DNA of 64,000 nt from Isurus oxyrinchus. Lineage: Eukaryota. The DNA lies in assembly GCA_026770705.1 (NCBI GenBank), contig JANJGN010000021.1, positions 47,058,001 through 47,122,000 of the forward strand, written 5' to 3'. Of this stretch, positions 25,950 to 37,153 are shown in pieces; position 1 is the first letter of the stretch; each line of letters starts with the position of its first letter. A model generated the notes under the pieces. It worked only from the letters and a program-made list of their open reading frames with translations, ran no database searches and was not told the DNA's origin. Made by a program: the position numbers and the translations under genes.

Positions 25950-26260
25950 TTGAGGATAGGCTGAAGTGAAATCCTACTTAGCGGTCCCTTTCACTCCATT
26001 CTGTTGCATGTGGTCTCCTCCCTTCCCTCTCCTCCTCCTCCTCTTCTTCTTCCACATCCTGAGGTGGCCTCTGAATCTCAGGAGGAAGTGGCTGGGCCAT
26101 AATCATTTTGAGATTGTGGAGGACGCCACCACAAACACGGAGACTCCCTCAGGGATGTACTGGAGTGATTTCTCCTCCTACTCCAAGCAATCTAAATGCT
26201 TTCAGAGTCCGAATACTTGCTCCACCATATTTCAGTTGGCTCCAAGGCATTCACTGAATG
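25950..26260 (-). pseudogene. HARBI1-like Harbinger transposase C-terminal remnant
   Basis: The reverse complement gives NMVEQVFGL*KHLDCLE..SLQYIPEGVSVFVVA..LHNL followed by an acidic tract, matching the E..IG.LK.RF.CL...LHN region of HARBI1-type nucleases. Confidence 0.7.
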
Positions 26261-26369
26261 CCTCTAACTTCACATGGTGAGGAACAGTGCCTCAGGAGGT
26301 TTTGTTTCATAGAGGAGACAGTGATGGAGTTGTGTCACCACCTCCACGATGACCTGGAGCCTCATACTA

Positions 26370-26630
26370 CCACCTGGGAACACCACCAACTGCAAGATCC
26401 CCGCCAAGCTACTCACCATCCTGACTTGGAAATAAGTTACCTTCCTTCAGTGTCACTGGGTCGAAATCCTGGAACTCCCTCCCTAAGAGCACTGTGGGTC
26501 TACCTACACCACATGGACTGCAGCGGTTCAAGAAGGCAGCTCACCGCCACCTTCTCAAGGGCAATTAGGGATGGGCAATAAATACTGGCCCAGCCAGTGA
26601 AGCTCACATCCCATGAAAACTTAAAAAAAC
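26370..26630 (+). mobile_element. CR1/L2-group family 2 3' tail
   Basis: Matches 5625-5890. Confidence 0.85.
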
Positions 26631-26736
26631 GTTGGGATAGAGGAGAGGGTCAGGTGTGGAGGGTTAGGCCTCTGAGCAACTATCCTGTTTTCTGGAAAAA
26701 CTCAGCAGGTCTGGCAGCATCGGTGGAGAAGAAAAG

Positions 26737-26775
26737 AGTTGATGTTTCGAGTCCTCATGACCCTTCGACAGAACT
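26737..26775 (-). ncRNA. Minimal type-I hammerhead ribozyme-like motif in the left PLE arm
   Basis: The minus strand reads AGUU-CUGUCGA-A-GGGUC-AUGAG-GACUC-GAAAC-AUC-AACU. Confidence 0.55.
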
Positions 26776-28678
26776 TGAGTTTGAGTCCAAGAAAGAGTTG
26801 AAATATAAGCTGGTTTAAGGTGTGTGTGTGGGGGGGGGGGCGGAGAGAGAGAAGTGGAGTGGGGGTGTGGTTGTAGGGACAAACAAGCAGTGATAGAAGC
26901 AGATCATCAAAAGATGTCAACAACAATAGAACAAAAGAACACATAGGTGTTAAAGTTGGTGATATTATCCAAACGAATGTGTTAATTAAGAATGGATGGT
27001 AGGGGACTCAAGGTATAGCTCTAGTGGGGGTGGGGAGAGCATAAAATATTTTAAAATATTTAAAAATAATGGAAATAGGTGGGAAAAGAAAAATCTATAT
27101 AATTTATTGGAATAAAAAGGAAGGGGGAAACAGAAAGGGGGTGGAGATGGGGGAGGGAGCTCACGACCTAAAGTTGTTGAATTCAATATTCAGTCCGGAA
27201 GGCTGTAAAGTGCCTAGTCGGAAGATGAGGTGTTGTTCCTCCAGTTTGCGTTGGGCTTCACTGGAGCAATGCAGCAAGCCAAGGACAGACATGTGGGCAA
27301 GAGAGCAGGGTGGAGTGTTAAAGTGGCAAGCGACAGGGAGGTTTGGGTCATTCTTGTGAACAGACCGCAGCTGTTCCGCAAAGCGGTCGCCCAGTTTACG
27401 TTTGGTCTCTCCAATGTAGTGGAGACCACATTGGGAGCAACGAATGCAGTAGACTAAGTTGGGGGAAATGCAAGTGAAATACTGCTTCACTTGAAAGGAG
27501 TGTTTGGGCCCTTGGACGGTGAGGAGAGAGGAGGTGAAGGGGCAGGTGTTGCATCTTTTGCGTGGGCATGAGGTGGTGCCATAGGAGGGGGTTGAGGAGT
27601 AGGGGGTGATGGAGGAGTGGACCAGGGTGTCCCGGAGGGAGCGATCCCTACGGAATGCCGATAGGGGGGGGGTGAAGGGAAGATGTGTTTGGTGGTGGCA
27701 TCATACTGGAGTTGGCGGAAATGGCGGAGGATGATCCTTTGGATGCGGAGGCTGGTGGGGTGATAATCACCACCAAACACATCTTCCCTTCACCCCCCCC
27801 TTTCGGCAATCCGTAGGGATCGCTCCCTCCGGGACACCCTGGTCTACACCTCCATCACCCCCTACTCCTCAACCCCCTCCTATGGCACCACCCCATGCCC
27901 ACGCAAAAGATGCAACACCTGCCCCTTCACTTCCTCTCTCCTCACCGTCCAAGGGCCCAAACACTCCTTTCAAGTGAAGCAGTATTTCACTTGCATTTCC
28001 CCCAACTTAGTCTACTGCATTCGTTGCTCCCAATAAGATCTCCTCTACATTGCAGAGACCAAACGTAAACTGAGCGACCGCTTTGCAGAACACCTGCGGT
28101 CTGTCCGCAAGAATGACCCAAACCTCCCTGTCGCTTGCCATTTTAACACTCCACCCTGCTCTCTTGCCCACATGTCTGTCCTTGGCTTGCTGCATTGCTC
28201 CAGTGAAGCCCAGCGCAAACTGGAGGAACAACACCTCATCTTCCGACTAGGCACTTTACAGCCTTCCGGACTGAATATTGAATTCAACAACTTTAGGTCA
28301 TGAGCTCCCTCCTTCATCCCCACCCCCTTTCTGTTTCCCCCTTCCTTTTTTTTCCCTATAAATTATATAGATTTTTCTTTTCCCACCTATTTCCATTATT
28401 TTTAAATATTTTAAAATATTTTATGCTCTCCCCACCCCCACTAGAGCTATACCTTGAGTCCCCTACCATCCATTCGTAATTAGCACTATCGTTTAGATAA
28501 TATCACCAACTTTAACACCTATGTGTTCTATTGTTGTTGACATCTTTTGATGATCTGCTTCTATCACTGCTTGTTTGTCCCTACAACCACACCCCCCCTC
28601 CACTTCTCTCTCTCTCCGCCCCCCACACACACACCTTAAACCAGCTTATATTTCAACTCTTTCTTGGACTTGAACTCA

Positions 28679-28717
28679 AGTTCTGTCGAAGGGTCATGAG
28701 GACTTGAAACGTCAACT
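28679..28717 (+). ncRNA. Minimal type-I hammerhead ribozyme-like motif in the right PLE arm
   Basis: Reads AGUU-CUGUCGA-A-GGGUC-AUGAG-GACUU-GAAAC-GUC-AACU. Stem I is AGUU/AACU, stem II is present, a palindromic ACGU replaces stem III, and the cleavage triplet is GUC. Confidence 0.6.
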
Positions 28718-28826
28718 CTTTTCTTCTCCGCCGATGCTGCCAGACCTGCTGAGTTTTTCCAGGTAATTCTGTTTTTGTTTTGGATTTCCAGCAAGCGCAG
28801 TTTTTTTGTTTTTATCCTGTTTTCTG

Positions 28827-29400
28827 TCCTGGAGGTCTGAAGATGTGTGGGAATTGCTGATTGCCGCAGGATAGAATCGTTGTGGGTGCTCCTATGATAG
28901 TGGGTGCTCCTAGGATAGAAGGCATTCACTGGGATAAACTTCTTTGTGTGGTTGCACACCGAGTGCACATTGACTGAATAGTAACCATTGTGGTTGCAGT
29001 GCTGCTGTAGGAGCTCGCAGAACCACATGTGTGTGCTCGATGTCACCCTGCATCATTGAGAGGTCCTCTATCCTAGCAAACCTTAAGTGCCCTTTCATTC
29101 TGGTCTTCCCTCCTCAGAGAGAAAAGGGTGAAGTACCATCTCCTCCTTTTGAGAGCGTCGATCCTGGATATTTCTATGGGTGACGGATTGTGGCACGTTG
29201 TTGATGTCACCAGCTCCTGCTCGGAAGGATGCAGTTTCTTGGAAGGAAGTGCAACAGTGATCTTCACAGGCACTAGGAGGGCCATCATTGCTCCGGTTTG
29301 AGACGCCAGGTCATCGTGAAGGTGGTGACACAACTCCATTACTGCCACCTTTGTGAAACGAAATCTCCATCATGTCTCATCACAACATGGAAGTGATGCT
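28827..29400 (-). pseudogene. HARBI1-like Harbinger transposase, N-terminal and catalytic remnant
   Basis: Minus-strand fragments read VMELCHHL...VPVKITVAL, RFARIEDLSMMQGDIEHTHV and GYYSVNVHSVCNH..VNAFYPRSTH..DSILRQS. It continues past the PLE as G*LL (compare GWLLGD). Confidence 0.8.
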
Positions 29401-30194
29401 CCTGGAAGACCATATTATGGATAGGGTTTTCTAAGGAGAGCCCTCCTTTCTCTCCCTCTTTTCAGAGGTTCCCCTCCCTGCCTCCCTCTTTGCCTATCCT
29501 AATCATGTTGCAGAACAAATGACACTGCTATGTCGGCCTCCTTAACAAAATGGCAATGGTATTTTCTACCTTTTTGTAGTCAGCAAAACTTTCAAACTGC
29601 ACCAATAATTAAACATAATGCTTCCACATATTTTGCCTGAGCACTGGTAGGTCAAGCACATCTCAGCTGCAACCTGTTGAGTAGCCCTTTAAATAGCCCC
29701 AGAACAGGGACCATCCAGCTTTATGAACCTTCTTGCTTCTGGAATGAATGGGAATAGCCTGCACATTCATTGGCCAATTTTGACACCCTGGTGCTATGCC
29801 ACCTGCTGACCTCAGTGACATCATGATCTCACACATTCAGCAGCTTCAGTTACAAGCCACTCCAATTGGTACACGTCACGTGGCTTTGCGGGAAGCAGCC
29901 AGCAGTGTCTGCTGAACTACAATGCTGCAGGAAGGCCTGCTTAACACTGCCAGAAGTGGCAGAGATGAATGAATTTTGCGCCCATTGAGGTTAAATTGAG
30001 ACAGAGAAAAGAGGTTTACAACAAATATAAGATTCATAATACAGTAAAGAATAAAGCTTAATATCAAAAGTGCTAAGGAATTCTAGAAAAGAGAATGAGG
30101 GGCAAAGAGAGAGTATGAAAATGAATTGGTGACAACAAAAAGGGAACCCAAAAGTCTTTTAGAAACATAAATAATTACAAAGTAGCTAAAGAAG

Positions 30195-30492
30195 CAAGGA
30201 GTGGTGTAATCGTAGCATCTCTACCCCTAGGCCAGGTGTTCCAGGTTCAAGTCCCACACTCAGACTTGCTGGTCATGGAAAGTGGGTTCATATGTGGCCA
30301 AACCAGTTGATTATCAGCTTGTAAATTCTTCCAATACATCTGATGGCAGGCACTAAGAGTGGGAACATTTCTTACTCACCCATACCACAGCAGGCAATGG
30401 TAAACCACTGCCGTACTTTGCCAAGCATAATCATGGACCAATCTAATGGAAGTCTATGGTTGCCAATGCCCTCTTAGGGCATGGTACCAGAA
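30195..30492 (+). mobile_element. tRNA-derived SINE with RTE-like 3' region
   Basis: A-box-like TGGTGTAATCG, B box GGTTCAAGTCC and 3' GGCAATGGTAAACCACTGCCGTACTTTGCCAAG. The flanks AGTAGCTAAAGAA and AGGAGTTAAAGGA resemble a degenerate TSD. Confidence 0.6.
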
Positions 30493-31623
30493 GGAGTTAA
30501 AGGAATAGTGCAGCTGATTAATGAGGACAACAAGATCCTCTTATACAGGCAGAGTGGATGGCTGGTACGCTAAATCAATATTTTGCATGTCTTCACTAGT
30601 GTTGTCAATGTTGCAATAAAAGGAGTCATTAATGATATTGGACAGGAAAAAAATAGAGGAGATACCTAAAAGGCTCACAGTACATAAAATAGAAGAGTCA
30701 CCCAGTTTGGATGGGATGCATCCTAAGATGCTGAGGGAAGTAAAGACAGAAATTGCAGAGATTCTAGCCGCAATCTTCCACTCCTCCTTGGATTTGATGG
30801 TTGGTGCCAGAAAACCGGAGAATTGCAAATTTTAAGAAAGGGGTGGAATATAAAACCAGAAGCTACAGGACAATCAGCCTAATGTCTGTGGTGGAAAAAA
30901 TTTACGGGACATTATTTGGGACAAAATGAATTGACATTTAGAAAGCTATTGACTAATAAATGAAAATCAGTGCAAATTTGTTTAAGGCAAATCAGGTTTG
31001 ACTAAATTGATTGAGTTCTTTGTTGAAGCAACAGAGAGATGAAGAGGGTAAAATGGTTGATACTGTGATCTGGTGACTTTCAAAAGGCATTTGACAAAAT
31101 GCCACCTAATTAAACCCATAGGATTAAAGGGGCAGTGGCAGCAAATGTGCAAAGTTGAAAAAGAGACAGAAAGCAATAAATAACGGTTGTTTTTGAGTCT
31201 GGATGGATTGGTATTAGGATCACTGTAATTTTTGATATATATTGATCTGGACTTGGGGATACAAGACATCATTTCAAAGTTTGCAGATGGCATAACGAGA
31301 AGATTGACAGACTGGTGAAACAGGCAAAACACATGGCAGATTAAATTATTACTGAGAAGTGTGAAGTGGTATATTTTAGTAGAAAGAATGAGGAGCAGCA
31401 ATGTAAACTGTATGGGATCATTTTAAAGTGGGTGCAGAAACAGAGACCTAGGATGTATGTACATAAAAAAAATGAAGGTGGCAGGACAAATTGTTAAATA
31501 AAATGGGATCCTTGCCTTTATAAATAGAGGCATAGAGTACAAAAGCAAGGAAGTTATTCTAAACCTTCATGAAAGACTGGCTATGCATTAGCTGGAATAT
31601 TGTATCCAATTCTGGGCACTGCA

Positions 31624-31895
31624 TAAAGAGTAATGGGTTAATTAATTAATGAGACCATGTTAAATATGACATCAGGAGTCAGATGACCAAGAGGCTCCAA
31701 GAGATGTAGAAGAGTCCATGTCCTGAAAACTATGTACTTGCCCTGAGTTCTTTGTTCTTAGCACATAGTTTTAAGTAAAACTATACCGACTATTTCAAGT
31801 CTGTCATAGGAGAAGCAAAGCCTCAGCAAGGTATGATAAGAGAATAAGACATGTAACAGTAAAACCTCAACAGAGCTCAGTGACAAAATGAAACA
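31624..31895 (+). mobile_element. Short solo LTR-like insert (272 bp) in CR1
   Basis: Flanked by CTGCA and TTGCA; removing it restores the CR1 sequence TTCTGGGCA-CTGCA-CTTTAGGAAG. It ends GAAACA and has GGGTTAA near its start, like 20387-20634. Confidence 0.6.
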
Positions 31896-33065
31896 TTGCA
31901 CTTTAGGAAGGTTGTCAAGGCCTTAGGTAGGATGCAGAAGAGATTTATTCGAGTGGTACCAGGCGTGAGGGACTTGAGTTATGAGGAGGAACTGGAAAAA
32001 ATGGTGTTGTGCTACTTAGAGCAGAGAAGGTTAAGGGGACATTTGATAGAGATATTCAAAATCATGAATGATTTTCATAGTGTAAACGAGGAGAAACTGC
32101 TTCCAGTGGCAGAAGGGTTGGTAACCAGAGGACACAGATTTAAAGTGAATAAAGAACCAAAGGCGACATGAGGAGACTTTTTTTTACACAAGGAATGTTG
32201 CGATCTGGAGTGCACTGCCTGAAACTATGGTGGAAGCAGCTTCAATAATAACATTCAAAAAAGAATCTGATAAGCACTTGAAGGGAAAGAAAATTACAGG
32301 GCTATGAGGAAAAAACATGGGAGTGGGGGTATTGAATAGCTTCCAAAGAGAATTCACAAGCATGATGGGCTGTGAACCTATTGTTAACAACATTATCCTT
32401 CAAGATGTGAACAGGTTGTATTTAATTTTTAAACTGTAGCTCATCAAGGATTATAGAATTAATTTCCTGACAATATTAGTGCCGTCTGAGAGACAAGGTT
32501 AAATTTGCCTTGTGTGAGATCTTGATGAGCAGCGGCTCAAATAGATGTCAAAGCACAGAAAGTGCTGCAGTTATTTGGATAAGTGGCTGTTCTAAGTGAG
32601 TTGCAACCTGACTGCAAGTGACTGATGAGTCAGACTACATAAAGTAATATTTTACTCTTGATAACCAAAATTTGGAGCTAGAGCTTTAGCAAATTTTCAG
32701 AAACCAAAAGCAGGAGATTAAACCCAGAGAAGTTTGAGGAAGAAGTAAACTGAAATGTAACATTTTGTTCAAACTCACATGAGATGAAGTTGTGTTATTT
32801 ATAAAAGCACAATATAACTGCATACGTATATGCAAAATGTTAGCTGAAGTTAAGAAGAGGATGAAACAGGAGACAGACTATTCATAACCGCCTGATGGCG
32901 TATCCCAGGAGTCACAGCCAACTGCAGCAGGGGGAATTGTTTTGATGGAATACTTCTGTGGCAGGATCAAAAGCTGTCATATATTTCTGTAGAAATGAAC
33001 TTGATACAGACTTAAAACAGAATGTGCATGGCTGTAACCTTTTAGTATCTTACCTTTTGCTACAG

Positions 33066-33410
33066 TAAGAAAGACTTGCTTTTATATAATTCCTCATCCC
33101 ATCTCTCAAAACATCATGAGGTGTTTCACAGAATTAAATTCCTCTTTGAGTGCAGTGACTAAAGTTAGGAGTGCTGTCATAGCAGCCCTTTGTACACCAT
33201 AAATTCACACAAATGTCTACTGAAATGAATGACAAGATAATTTACGATGATGTTGGTCGGAGGAGGAACGTTGGCCAGGCCATTAAGAGAACGTCTTATT
33301 CTTTTCTCAGTAGTACCATGTGACTTATAAAATCCATTTTAATCACTGTAGAATATGCAAATAGGGCCTGATAGTACCGATGTAAAGCCACTGACCTGAA
33401 ACATTGCACA
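33066..33410 (-). mobile_element. Decayed DeuSINE-like copy
   Basis: Antisense tail AAGAAAGACTTGCTTTTATATA and a body similar to 49452-49885. Confidence 0.55.
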
Positions 33411-33421
33411 GAATCACCTGT

Positions 33422-34220
33422 TCTGAACTCTAAATTCAGTGGCGGGAGTGGAAATCGGAGTGGTTTCTGCTGGGGGGTGGGGGGATTGCGGGTGGGGGGG
33501 GGGGGGGGGAGGGGGGGGGTTGGGGGGGTGTGGTCGGTGGTGGAGGTAATGGGGGATGGCTGGCCACACACAGTCTTGTGCTGGTCAGCTCATTACTTAT
33601 GTATCTGTGCGGAACATGGTGAATCTTGTGGCGGGGGTGGGCAAGAATTCGCCTTTCTTGCAGTTATTTCATGGGGTTGAAGGTATGGGCATCTTATTTA
33701 AAGGGCACCTGGACAGCCTGCACCATCCCTTCCAGCTTTGCCCGGCCACTGCTCCGCCTTCCTCGTTAACACTTTCTCCCTTCCTTCTTCGGTCGTCTTC
33801 CACGCGACTTGCACTGCCACCACCCAGTCCCGAGCATAGGCTGGCATTTGCAGACACTCCCCAAGAGGACAATGCAACAGCAACTCACTTTTAATCATGG
33901 AAGAAGTCAATCTCTCCAGGTGCATGCCACGTTTGTTCTGTCGTGAAAGTGAACATTATAATTTCTTGTGGGCAGACCTTAATGTGGCGGGGGAACTTAA
34001 TTCTGGTGAGGTGTTTTTTTAATGAGCATGCATGACATGCTAATGCATGCTAAAGGACTTCTCAGCATTGCTCGTTAGGAAGCTCAACCCACTTTTAACC
34101 CAAAAACAGAATTCCTACAGTTCATCCCGATATCTGGAAACTGATTTTTGGCCTCACGCTAAATTAAGTTACCCCACCCGCCAAACTTCCTGCTGCTGGA
34201 AGGATCAGAAGATTCTGCCC
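33422..34220. mobile_element. Harbinger-type non-autonomous element
   Basis: GC-rich body with long G runs. The right end is AAGATTCTGCCC. Confidence 0.55.
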
Positions 34221-34224
34221 ATTG

Positions 34225-34290
34225 ACTCTCTTCGTTTCTCCACAGGTGCTGTCAGACCTGTTGAGTGTTTCCAGCATTTTTTATTTTTAA
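34225..34290 (+). mobile_element. Penelope terminal fragment
   Basis: TTTCTCCACAGGTGCTGTCAGACCTGTTGAGTGTTTCCAGCATTTT matches the PLE tail. Confidence 0.7.
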
Positions 34291-34550
34291 CCTCTGAAAA
34301 TACAGTTCTGGAGCATAGCTGCTCAGGCCTTAGTGTGGTGCTTGAACCCATTGGCTCCGAGTGTAATGAAATAGTGTGACGTACCTAAAATTATCCTGTT
34401 CAAGCCTTGACATCTTTGGAGTGAGACAAGTTTGACCGGGATTGTGAAGAATGAATCGAGAGCCAAATTAAGCATCGCTTGTGAAATAACTAGAAACAAT
34501 CCAATATCACAATCTCTTGATCACAATCCAGAGTCCAGCTGTGACTCCTT

Positions 34551-35237
34551 GGGCTGAATTTGCCCAGACCCCAAAGGTGCTGGGTTAGGAGTTGATGGGT
34601 GGCAGCAGGAAGATAACAGGGGGCCATGCCAAGACTGTTGTCAGGCACATTTTCACTAGGGGCAGGAAAGCAGGTCACAGGTAACCCTGGTGGACAGGTG
34701 ACTTACATCATTAAGGCCCCAAATAGGGACAATTTTACTGGCTCGCTAGCATTTTACTGGAGGTTACCAGCTTAATGGAGGCAGCCTCCCTGAGGCAGGG
34801 CAGGGTAGCCATCAGAGCTAGGTTCCCATGTCCCAAAGTGGGGGCTCCGACCAGGAAAGGCTGTCCCTGCAGCCTCAATGAGCCCTACAGAGAAGTTTCC
34901 CTTCCAATCCAATGGATCCACCACCCCACCCCCCACTCTACTTAATATATTTAATGTAACCACACCGAATATGCCTCCATTTTGAGGTGCCCTCGCGGTG
35001 CCCAACCTGGCTCAGCAGCGCTCACATCTCCTGGTGGCGCTGCCGAGGCCCCAAAGCTGCGAGCAGCATTGACAGCCCAGCTGCAATACTTGATAGGATG
35101 GTAAGCTTGGAGGCAGCCAATTAGGAGAATTTCTCCAGGAAGATCGCTGAGCTGGTTTCGCTGCCGGCAAGTGTGGACTCAGGATCCCCATTTGGATCCA
35201 ACCCCCGGGTCCTGAAGCCCACAGAAAAATCCTGACC
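34551..35237. mobile_element. Harbinger-type MITE
   Basis: Termini are GGGCTGAATTT and AAAATCCTGACC. Confidence 0.6.
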
Positions 35238-35246
35238 ATTTCACTA

Positions 35247-35640
35247 GAGTGTTAGCTTGGTGCATTTTTGCCTCAAAATCAGAATGCTGTGGATTCAATT
35301 TCCACTCTAGAACTGGAGCATTTAATTTATGCTGTCACTTCAGTGTAGGACTGAGAGAGAGCTGTATTGTATGTGGTGCTGTCTTCCAGGTGGAATGCTA
35401 AACTGAGGTTCTTTCTGTGAGTGCAGGTGGACTGTAACAGATTCCATGGAATTATCTGAAGGAGAGCAGGGATTTTTACTGATATCCCGCAGAAAGTCTA
35501 TCTTTTCAACCAACACCATCAGAACAGATCGGCTAGTCATTTATCGTGGTATTTTTGTGCGGCTTGCTGCTGAATAATGCTGACTACAGTTCAAATACAA
35601 TTAGTTGGCTCTGAAGTGCTATAGGACATCCTGTGAACAT
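35247..35640 (+). mobile_element. DeuSINE/SacSINE1-like SINE
   Basis: B-box-like GGATTCAATTTCC and Deu core GGTGCTGTCTTCCAGGTGG..TAAACTGAGG..GTGGACTGTAACAGATTCCATGG..GAAGGAGAGCAGGG. Confidence 0.7.
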
Positions 35641-35831
35641 GTCCTTTATTACTGAGATATTGGTAGTGACCACATTCTCCTGCTTGACATTGAATTCTAC
35701 AGTACTCATTTCTGTAATTACAGAGTGCAGAGTTATTGCATGATTGGACACACAATTTTCTGGACCAGGAAATGGATTCTCAGCACTTAGACTTCTTGCA
35801 TTACCATCTCCAAACCTGACTCAAAAACGTC

Positions 35832-36418
35832 AGACTGAATTTTCCCAGCCCCCCAAGGTGGCAGAAATGGAGGCAGTGGGGTGGAGTGGGAAAATAGCAG
35901 GGAGTCATGCTGGTCGACTCCTTGATACATTCCTGCCTCTGGGGAAATTTCCAAGGAGCGGATAGGAAAGGGGATTGGTTGTCCACCATATGGAGGTAGA
36001 GAGCAAATTTAATTATTAAGGGCCCAATTATGTGTAATTTTACTGGCTTTGACATTTTGCCAGTGGCCGAGCGTCCTCCCCAGGCAAATGTGGCTTAATG
36101 TAGTCTGGGGGTGAAGGTAGTGGTGGGGGGTGTTGGAAGGCTGCCTTTTTGAGGTGCCCTTGAAGTCTCTTATCTGCCTCAGCAGTGCTCCACTCTCCCA
36201 GTGGAGCTGTCAAGCTTCAGAACCGCCAGCTCTCTGATTGGCCTGCAGCACTGGGAACCTGACCATCATCCTTAATACGACAGTGAGCTTGAAAGTGGCC
36301 AATTAGGAGTTTGCATCTGGGAATATCACTGAACCAGTCTTTCTGTCAGCAAGTGCAAGCTTGGGACCCCAATCTGGTCCCAATGTTGGGTTTGCAAAGT
36401 CCATGGGAAAATCTTGCC
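35832..36418. mobile_element. Harbinger-type MITE
   Basis: Termini are GACTGAATTTTCCC and GGGAAAATCTTGCC. The body is related to 34551-35237. Confidence 0.6.
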
Positions 36419-36884
36419 TGTAATTTTTTTTCCCCTGATACTACTTCTTGCACTGTCTTCATCTCCCTTTTACTAGCGAGCACACTAGTGATAAATTACC
36501 TCAAAAGGTCAAGTGTTTCATTGCTGCTTAATTGACATAATTAGTTTGCTTGTTTAAACCACATGTCTGGTTTTCAGGAAAAAAAGATCATAAGTAGAAT
36601 TCCAGTCATATGACAGACTGCAAATACCACCAGTTTCATATTTGATATCTCTGTGGATTCACTGATGGCAGGATGCCCAATACTTTATTACCATCTCACT
36701 GCAAATGATAGTTCTGCAGATTTCCTTCAAAGATATACTAGTCAGCTTCATCCTCTTTTAGTGACCATTGCAGCAACTGTACTGGTATGTTCATGACCCA
36801 TGTTCAACCCGAATCGACAATTTGCTGATTCTCAAGAATTCCCTCTAATTACAATTTTTTGTAGTTAAACTCGAGGCCTAAATC

Positions 36885-37153
36885 TGTTGTAAGAGTTTGT
36901 TCAGTAGGTCTCACAAAGAGGTTCAGAGGCTTGTAAGTTTGAGCAGTAGTGTTTATTGGTAAGACATAACTGTACACATATGTACAAAGTATAGCCCAGA
37001 TTAGGAGCTAACTTCATGCTGACTCCTACTCGAGTCTCTCCTTATAGCTCTGTCTCCTGTCTACTGTCATGTGTCTCTCTTTACCGTACTGTGGGTGATA
37101 CTGTTCTCCAGTCCCACATTAACCCTTTCTATGCCAAACATCATTGTACTACA
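36885..37153 (-). mobile_element. Solo LTR (269 bp)
   Basis: TGTTGTA...TACTACA termini with a perfect 5-bp TSD AAATC (36880-36884 and 37154-37158). AATAAA is present on the minus strand near 36953. Confidence 0.8.

Larger units (their letters stand above)
26695..28812. mobile_element. Penelope-like element inserted as a ~2.1-kb palindrome (two inverted 5'-truncated copies)
   Basis: Arms are ~26692-27697 and 27768-28762 with a 70-bp spacer. The GIY-YIG ORF at 27161-27490 (-) reads NLVYCIRCSQCGLHYIGETKRKLGDRFAEQL, with a mirrored copy at ~27975-28300 (+). A 14-bp TSD TATCCTGTTTTCTG lies at 26681-26694 and 28813-28826. Confidence 0.92.
20740..29983. mobile_element. Large decayed autonomous-type Harbinger: Myb/SANT gene (+) convergent with HARBI1-like DDE transposase (-), hosting nested insertions
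   Basis: Myb-gene-like pieces lie at 20740-21860 and 25170-25830, and transposase pieces at 25950-26260 and 28830-29400. A right TIR-like GAATTTTGCGCCC lies at 29971-29983. No left TIR was seen. Confidence 0.65.
30060..32372 (+). mobile_element. Decayed CR1 family 1 LINE interrupted by a SINE and a solo LTR
   Basis: Fragments read SPSLDGMHPKMLREV, GKSGLTKLIEF, SKFADG and QKRFIRVVPG..LSYEE..LEQRRLRGHLIEIFKIM. Confidence 0.85.
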
